Shown here: one piece after another, positions 55,631 to 64,000 of the stretch | Position numbering within the stretch: the stretch's first letter is position 1 | Layout: each line of letters begins with the position of its first letter | Assembly: GCA_051294375.1 (NCBI GenBank) | Contig: CM119270.1 | Location: forward strand, 4,270,301 to 4,334,300 | Source: Paraspadella gotoi | Lineage: Eukaryota > Animalia > Chaetognatha | Reading direction: 5' to 3' | Length of the DNA stretch: 64,000 nucleotides | Made by a program: the position numbers and the translations under genes | The notes under the pieces: model-generated | Database searches by the model: none | Told to the model about the DNA's origin: nothing | Seen by the model: only the letters and a program-made list of their open reading frames with translations

Positions 55631-58306
55631 ATGAGTTACTTTTCCGAACTTTTTCGTTTAACGGCGTCAGTCTTTCCGAGCTACTTTGTCATCGCCTCAG
55701 CCGCCGCCGCCGCCGCCGCCGCCGCCGTCCTCATAGTGGATTACCGTCACAGACGCCGACGATTCGAGTTCATGTCCAAAAAGGTCCTTTGTCAAGAGAC
55801 TGGGGAGTTTAATGAACTGGTCCTTTCACATTTTTTTTAACAGTCACTGGGCTTACACGTTCCCCTACTTACGATCAACTTGATTTTATATTTTTTAATT
55901 TAAATAAAGATTTAACAAATACTAATTTTTATAAGATTCCTGCCTTTTTTTCAGTTTCTTTGCCCGCCCCCCAAAAGCGGCCAATGGCTGCTAATTTGCA
56001 TTAGCTCTCCCTATCAACACGGGAGTGTGTAATTTAATGTAGTATATACTGTAGTATATTATAGTATATAGTGGAGCGTAGTGAAAGTTACGTACGAAAA
56101 TTCGAAAAGTCAATTAAGAACAACTTATCATTAGTCAACATTAATTTGTAAAAAAAAAATTGTTTGTTTTTTTAATTTTCGCATTAGGCTATTTTTATAT
56201 ATAATACTATCCTTATAAATCGAAAAATGTCAAAATAAGCTTTTCTTAATTTTAATTTTTAAAAATTATTTCATTTAGTGGGTTAAAAATTAAAAAAACT
56301 ATATTTAACATATAAAATTTTAATTTTCCGCTTAATATACATGTTTTCCTGATATTTGACCAACTTAATGAAATAATTTTTAAAAAAATAATATATTTCT
56401 ATAGATCAACTTTTCATGACGAATCTTAATGTGCAAAAAAAAACCCTTACAAAAAACTATTTAAAAATTTTAACATTTATTGAATCAGTACTAAAGAGAT
56501 TTTTTTTGGGTTTTATTTGAACTTTAGATGAGAACATTGTTTGAGCTTAATCTCGACTTAATATTAACTCAATCCAGATACCAAAAGAAAAGTAGAATAG
56601 TAACTTTATTAGGTATTAAATATCGAATAGAGATGAGCAGCAGCATGATAAAGATAAAAGATAAACTCTTTAACAAGTACAATGTATAAATATGTCCTAA
56701 TGCGTAAATTATGAAATTTTTATACAGAAATGTTCATTGGCATAATGTTGTTTGTTCCTGACTTTTAGAATTTTAATTGAAGTTAAATTTATAATTTTTA
56801 CTACGCTTTAGTATTTAAAGTAGTATATATTAAGTTCTCACCCCTAACGAACAGGGCCGCCTATTGAGCCAAGTCGAAGCCCAATACCAAATCAGGCGTA
56901 ATCCCGGCGAAGGCGTCGACGCCAACGTCCTCTTCATCGACAGCAGCCTCCGTCCGATCGACGTGGCTCTGTTGTCCGCGGCTGCAGCGCGGCTGGCGGC
57001 GAAGCATCCGGCGCTGCGTTCGAGAATCGCGTCGGCTTCAGAACTGTGTCAAGACGAGAACGACATAGACGAGTACGGCGGGAAATTCTTTTATTACTTC
57101 GTCGAAATAAAAGATTTTCGTCCCGATGTCGAGATATCCTCGACGAGCGACTGGGAGACCGCCTTCGACGAGGAAGTCCACACATCCTTCGACGACTCTG
57201 GACCGTTGTGGAGACTCCGTCTTCTGCCTTCGACTCGAGATGAGGAGAAATACAAGAACGTCGTGTTTGCGACGTTTTTTCACTCCATCAGCGACGGTCG
57301 CTCAATCATGAGGTTCGTGGACGAACTGTTGGAGGCCATGAAGGATCTGGTCGAAGCGGAGGCGAAGGGTGAGACGCTTCCACCAGCGAAGTCTCTGCGA
57401 CAGTCTCCGCCGATCACGGGGTATCTCCCCAAACGTTTCCTCGATCCGCCGATGGTGACGCGACTCATGACTTTCTTGAAGCTTAAGTTCTACGGAGAGA
57501 TGCGGCTGAAACCTTTCGTCAACTGCGCGTTTATCGAAGCCACGAGAGACGAGAGGTCGAAACTTCGATCGCCCGGAAAAACACGACTCATTCCGATTCT
57601 GTTTGACGAAGATGATTTGAAAACGTTGTTGCGTCTCTGCAAAAGTTTTCATTGCAAATTGCACGGAGCCTTGGACTCCGCGTTTCACTTGGCTCTCAGC
57701 GCCACCATCGACGAACGCAGAGGTCGAGGATATGAGGAGCGATTGGAGATCACCTCCGCCTACAACATCAACGCCAATCACCTCGCTGTCCGCCAACCGG
57801 ACGAGGAGTACTTCGGCGATCACACAAGCTACAGCGTGAGGACGACGATTCTTTCCGCAGAAGATCGAAAGGAGGAGAGTTTCTGGCGATTGGCTAAAAA
57901 GTTTCACGACCATATTCACGGCCGATTGGCCGAGTATCCCTTTTCCGAGGAGATGCGCGACTTCGAATTCATTCACCGACTTTTTCCCGCTCAATATCAC
58001 CGCTATTGTGATCATCGCTTCTTCAGTGAAGATGAAGAGTTGGCCTTTTTAGACTATGCCCTTTCCAACCGTGGAGCCTGTGACTTCATGGAGAAACCCG
58101 AACCGAGGCCTTTCGAGCTGACGGGCACATTCTACGGGATGTATATGAGCGGCGTGGGCGTGCCTTTCTATCATTACGTGGTGACGGTCGGAGGGAAGCT
58201 TCATTGGTCGATGACTTATTGCGAGGATTACGTGACTGAGGAGACGGCGAAAAGGTGCGCCGCGCATCTGAAGAAGATTTTGAAGCGGGTCGTCAAAGTG
58301 AACTGA
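55631..58306 (+). CDS. Condensation-domain / alcohol-acetyltransferase (PapA5-like) CoA-dependent acyltransferase; one long exon 56855-58306, probable short first exon from 55631 to ~55783
   Basis: 480-codon open frame after acceptor CTAACGAACAG|; GRLLSQVE start, AAKHPALRSRI, GPLWRLRLL, catalytic FFHSISDG (HxxxDG), FWRLAK, LSNRG. The upstream ATG exon encodes a hydrophobic stretch plus RHRRRR but has only a weak donor (AAG|GTCCTT). Confidence 0.75.
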
Positions 58307-58595
58307 ATGACGATTAGAATTTGGTGATGAGTTGTGGTGATGAAAATAACGATCAGAAATGGGGAGAGGTTTTTAGTTATTATGTCAAACTAGTTCAATG
58401 TTCGGTATTCAATTATAGATTTTAGCTATGTTTATGTTATGGATTATGACAGTATTTGTTTACATAAAACAATAAACCAAAATAAAAATTAATTGAATTA
58501 AAATTTAATTTTGTAATAATAATTATTAAAAATAGTACAAGAAAGAACAATTTAATAGAATTGAATAGAAATTAATACGTAGTTTACTTCTCTTC

Positions 58596-58669
<74 letters not shown>

Positions 58670-59812
58670 TCTCAAAGTTTTTCTTTCCATCGCAGTCGCT
58701 GTTGATTTTTGTGCCTGGGGTGATCTCGTTGATCACGTGACTCTGATGTTAGTGTTCACACTTGCGCCCACCAAAGTCAGAAACAGCGGGCGTCGAAAAT
58801 TCCTTTTTGGTTCGATCGTAGATTATGTCGTCGTTATCGTCGTCGTCTAATTATTGCTTAAATAAAATTTAAAATAAGAATAATCTTTACTTCACGTTCT
58901 CTCTCTGTGTGTGTTTCTCTCTCTCTCTTTTTCTCTCTCTCTCTTTCTCCCCCTTTCTCTCTCTCTCTCCCCTTTCTCCCTCTCTCTCTCTCTTTCCCTC
59001 TCTCTTCTCCCCCCTCTCTCTCTCTCTCTCTCCATTCCATCCTTCTTCAGAATCCTGTCCTAATCAAACTGTCAGCCTCCCTTGCAGATTCCATTTTTAA
59101 TCCCAAGTCTCAAAAAAATTTTTTTCTTCCCTTCAAATCAAATTTTCTCGTCTCTCGCTGCTTTTCTTTTCTTTTCTTTTTTTTATATATTTTTTTTTTA
59201 TTCCGACGGCATTCATACAGCATTTAATGCCATCAATGCCTCGCCCGTTTTTCTTGAAATACGTGATACTGTAAGACCATTTTATTTTAGAATATAGGAG
59301 GGTAGTAGACGTAGTTTATCGATATGAAACAAGATTTTGTAAAAAAAAACTATTTTTTTAATTTTTACCTTGCCCTTAGGCTTAAGTCTAAGGCGTATGT
59401 CTATAATATATGTATATTTATATATGTATATATATTATATTAGCTATCCATCCTTCCTTCCATCTCCTCTTCGATAAACCTCAAGTGGACCCTTTCAGCG
59501 GCCGTGACCAACTTCTCCTTGTTCTCATCAAGTTAAAGCTTTCAGAGACAAGCCCCTGTTGAATGCTACAATGGCTTACGTCCTAAGTCCTATTCGGATT
59601 TAAACGTTTGAACTTACTATTTTCACAACGTCTGTGTTCCTGTGAACCCGTGATCATGTGATCTTTGATTACGAGAACTTGCGTCATCGTTTTTTTGTCG
59701 TCGGAACTAAACGATTTTTTTTATAAACTAAGAACGAAATTCTGAAAGATAAAAATGCAAACAAGAGTTGGGGGAAAATAAATAAAGATTGAACGAATCG
59801 TGAGAGATGTGC

Positions 59813-59945
<133 letters not shown>

Positions 59946-61787
59946 GTGAGGCGAGCAGAAACAAGAGACAAGATTGATAGAGGGGAAAGAAAAACCCTTT
60001 TAACAGAAGAAAGAGAGAGAGTGAGAGAGAGAGAAAAAAAAATCTCTCTCCCGTTGGAAACTCGGAAACATGCGTCACTAAAATGGAATCTACTTCAAAA
60101 GCGAAAAGGGGGAAAAAAATCTGAGAATTTAATCAAATTCTCTCTTTTTCTCTCCCCCTTTTTTTTTTATTTTCTCTCTCTTTCTCACTCTCGCTCCTTT
60201 TCTCACTCTGACTCTCTCTCTCTCTCTCTCTGTGTTTCGTTTTTTTTTTGTAAACTTTTTTTCCAGGCTGCGATCGAAATGACGAAAACTCTCGAATTGG
60301 ATTTCGCGAATTTCATCAAAACAAACGGATTCTCTTTCCACGTGGAAAAAAATTAAATTCGTGCGCCAGTTACATCCGTGAGGGAAGATGACCCTTTTGT
60401 ATGCGACCTATTAAGGCGAGCGCGAGGTACATCCGAAGGAAAGGATGACTCTTCCGTATGCGACTTATTACATCCCTGGTAATTTCAAGAAAAAAAATTG
60501 AGTCGTGATTTTCTCGAGAATACAATTGTGAAATTTTTCGTATATAAATTAGTTATAAAATCCATTATTTGTATAGTTATAAATCTAAAAAGTTTTTGTT
60601 ATTTTTTTTGGTGGGGGGTAAAAAAAGTAACTGTGAACTTGTGAAGTGATTTTGTTTAGAACATTACGTCTATCCAGTGGCCAATCGATTCCCATCGTAA
60701 ACTCACTCTCTCTCCCGCTTAGCCATAGCGTTACCGAAGCTACATGAGTGTATTTTCCTTTCTCTATCCCAACATTAGGGAGTTACACATGGACGGGTAT
60801 GACCCCTTGGGGGGGGATACGTGTAGTAACGTTATATCCCTTCCCATTAGATTTCTCTGCTCTTCGGTTTTAACAAAAAAAAAAAAACACACTGACTGAA
60901 ACCGCTTAAATCGAATAACCCTATCGCCAAGTCCCTCCCCTTAAAGAAACCCGCATTTTCTATTAATAGAACCTTCCTCTCCGCATCTTACAGTTGAGAA
61001 TCCTCGATTCTTCCTTGCGAAAATATCTTTCGCGAAAAAGAATAGATTCTTTGATGTCGGTTTCTCTCTTCAACCTAATTTGCATATTTTTTATTTTCTT
61101 TATATCATGGCGCTCCGTTTTTCTCAATTCTTTTTTTTTTTGCCTATTTTTTCTTTCACTCGTAAAATAAAAGAAAATGTAGAAATACTTATAAAATATG
61201 CTTTCTCAAATTCAATGAAGTAACAGCCATACATCCGTATAACAAAAAAAGTTTATATCTATTTTATTTTTCAATTGAACTAGTTCAGCGAGAAAAATGT
61301 AGTACTGAAGCAGAAGTAGCAGACAATTGAATGTAAAACGTTATTGCTAAAAGGATCTGACTCAGACAGGGGTGGGTCTTCAACGCAATACAATAAATAC
61401 AAGAAAAAAATCATTAAGAAAGAAAAGTTATTTTTTAAAAAAAGACATTTGTACTCATTTTAAAAATTTCAAGTGACTCTTACTGGTTGTGAGAGAACTC
61501 TTAAAAGTCGGTGATCGCCCGTCCAACTTTTCTTAGACATTCATGAAGTCTGAAAACATTAAAATTGATTTTCTTCTCTAGAATTGAGTCCAGATATAAC
61601 TTGTCTTAACTAGAGTAATGCAATTCTAATATGATAACGCAGACTTTAACTGAAAATTACAAAACAATTTTGAATTGACGGATGGCCTTAGCGATTAACC
61701 GCTATTCTTCTTAATAGTATAAAATCCTGACTTGGTAGAGCTCAGAAATCCACCAATGAATGTGCATCCCCCCTGCACACTCCACAG

Positions 61788-63145
61788 ATCCCCACCACAG
61801 CCCCGAGTTTCGTCTCCGCAGCTACACCGACTCCCGCCCCCGCAGCCGACGCGGCGACGTTGATGAGACCAGCGTCGTCCGCGGCCGGCGCAGCCTCGCG
61901 TCCACTGGTTCGCTGTCGCGGCTCTGTCAGACGCTGCCGCGGTCGCCGTCGTCGCCGACGTCAGCGACGTCCAGCGTCTTCACCTACGATCGCCCACCGC
62001 CAAACGGAAGTGAGACACGCAAGACAACGAAGAGTGACAACTGTAATAATAAATAGATAATGTAATTAGTCACCTTAAAACAGGATGCTAAGACATACAA
62101 ACTGTTAAACTCTTGGGGGAACAAAATGACATTTTATTACGCAGAATAATAGTTCTATATTATATATTATAATTGTATATAATATTTATGTTCAAAGTAA
62201 AACAGATTGTGGGAGATTAAAGGTAAAGATTAATGGTAGAGGGCGCGGAACTGACCAGTGACCAAGTAAAAGAGAGAGAGAGAGAGAGAGAGAGATTCAG
62301 TCGGCTTCTCTTGCGACCGTTTCTTAGAAATTAAATCCTTCCACACCCCCTGTACATATTTTTCTCAAACCCCTTCCACAGCCCTTCGCGTCGGACCCGG
62401 CGCCATCTACGCCCACGCCAACTACATCGGGTTCCACGGTCCGTCGTTGGCGCGGAAGGAGGCGCTGACGGCGTCGTCGACGGCGTCGCGCGGCTACTCG
62501 GCGCGGCACGCCCGTCAACCGCTCGCCCAAGTCAACACCTTCAAGGTCGAATGCGTCGAGGTTTTAGTTTTTGTTATTGTTTTTTCATATCATCGGTTTT
62601 TTTTTTTTAGTTTTGTTTCGTTTTATTTTTATTTTTTAATTTTGTTTTAAAAGGAAATTTTCTGCATTTGCTCGTAACATAATCGAAAAACTCGACGCAT
62701 ACAAATTATTTATTTCGATAGTCGAATTTAAATCCATTATGTTATCGAGAAAAAAAAAGATAACGAAATGTTTTTTTTTTGTTCTTTTCATCAACGCATT
62801 TGAAATCTTTAATTCGTACGTATGTATAAAGGTATAAATTCATAAACGAACTTAAAACCGAAGCTTTTCGTTTAAATCTCTCAACCCAAATCGTAAAAAA
62901 GACCTCAACGCTCCTGCCTCTTGAACTTCTCCTTCTCGCAGTTTCCATTTCCTTTGTTTACTTTCTTTTGTTTACGTTCGATCGCGAACTTCGGTTGGAC
63001 TTTTTTTTTTTTCGAATTAGAGTCCCACCGCTGCCGCCGCCGGCAGGGCCGCCGCCGCCGCCCCGCCGCTCTCCGGCTTCCGAGCAGAAAATTCAAATTA
63101 TCCCGCGTTTTACGCTTCTCCCGTGACGGCGACTCATTCCAACAG
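61788..63145 (+). CDS. Three internal exons of an unidentified Ser/Pro/Ala-rich protein (61788-62009, 62382-62545, 63021-63145)
   Basis: GC-rich islands with AG/GT ends whose phases join into one frame: ...PHHSPEFRLRSYTDSRPRSRR...PPNG|TLRVGPGAIYAHANYIGFHGPSLARK...QVNTFK|SPTAAAAG...; no family recognised. Confidence 0.55.
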
Positions 63146-63882
63146 GTAAGCCACACTCGATTGGGAGAGAGGAAGAGGGTTGGAGGGTGGAGGATGGTGT
63201 CGGGGGGGGGTTGGTGAGGTTGGTAGAGGCTAATGAATCGGGATCGGCTTTGGACGGTGGCAAATGTATCATGGGTGCGAAACGAGATAACGTAGAGAGA
63301 AAGTGGTGAAATCATTTTGGGACGACGAAATGGAAGAGACTTGGGGAAATAAGTACGTAAAAAATTTGGTACAACCAAATTAAAAATTATTCATTCAATC
63401 AACACTTAAGCTATCTTGTCCCCGACTTTGGACAGGTCCTGGTAGTTTAAGATCTCTATCCCTCTTACTGAATAACAACAGAGCAGAACCGTGCAAGCTT
63501 TCATTCAAGCTTTCTAAAAGTGCTTGGCTTCCCCATCAATGAAGCTTTATAATGTTTCTATGAACTGTTTCGATTGTAAGAAAAAAAAAACAAGGAATAA
63601 ACGTTAGTATGAAATTGATATAACCAATAAACAATAATATATTATTATTGTAAAACAGTTTGGAGAGAGAGGGTAAACAGAGAGAGAAATTGTGAATAAC
63701 AGAATTGAAGGCCGAAAAAAAAAGACTAAGTAAGTAAAGATCTAACGGGCGTATTTTGTGGTGATAATGAGAGTGTGCTGAGCGTAATCTCGATCTGCCT
63801 TCTAGAAAAAAAAAGTTAAAAACTGGTGACGAGGGACAAAAAAATCTCCATTTGGTTCCTCGCTTACATCTGGGTCCCGTTG

Positions 63883-64000
63883 CTATCGGTTCGGCGGTGG
63901 CCGTTGCTGAGGCGGCGGCGGCGTCATCGGCGGGGGCAGCAGTGGCGGTGGAGGCGTCAGCGGCTGCGCAGCTGTGACGGTGGCGGCGGAGGTACGGCGG
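63883..64000 (-). CDS. Possible last exon of a gene entering from the right (Pro-rich tail)
   Basis: GC-rich; one minus frame reads RRTSAATVTAAQPLTPPPPLLPPPMTPPPPQQRPPPNR*; frame and strand are uncertain. Confidence 0.3.
   Translation of the reverse strand, partial: RRTSAATVTAAQPLTPPPPLLPPPMTPPPPQQRPPPNR

Noticed and set aside
57302-58015. 237-aa minus-strand ORF
   Set aside because: Antisense shadow of the acyltransferase exon, expected from its codon bias.

Overview
Gene-dense animal (eukaryotic) DNA with GC-rich exons, short AT-rich GT-AG introns and many (AG)n tracts, so most entries in the ORF track are exon fragments or repeat noise. Reconstructed by hand: the 3' half of an amphiphysin/BIN1 gene (+); a co-oriented minus-strand run of BBS9, a multi-IQ SPA17-like gene, RSPH3, USP1 and a six-exon secreted sphingomyelinase C of bacterial type; a U6 snRNA gene with its promoter; an HxxxDG condensation/acyltransferase-type gene; and unidentified exons at the right end. 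Two blocks (~8.8 kb and ~11.1 kb) each occur twice on either side of a 25-N gap and differ mostly by 1-nt indels, so they are probably assembly or haplotype artefacts. Mobile DNA: a 1.36-kb non-coding LTR element (TRIM-like) with a tRNA-Leu PBS and a tRNA-Leu 5'-end-like sequence where the PPT should be, an internally deleted hAT transposon in a USP1 intron, and a probable Helentron-type non-autonomous element. All homology calls come from motif recognition, not database searches.
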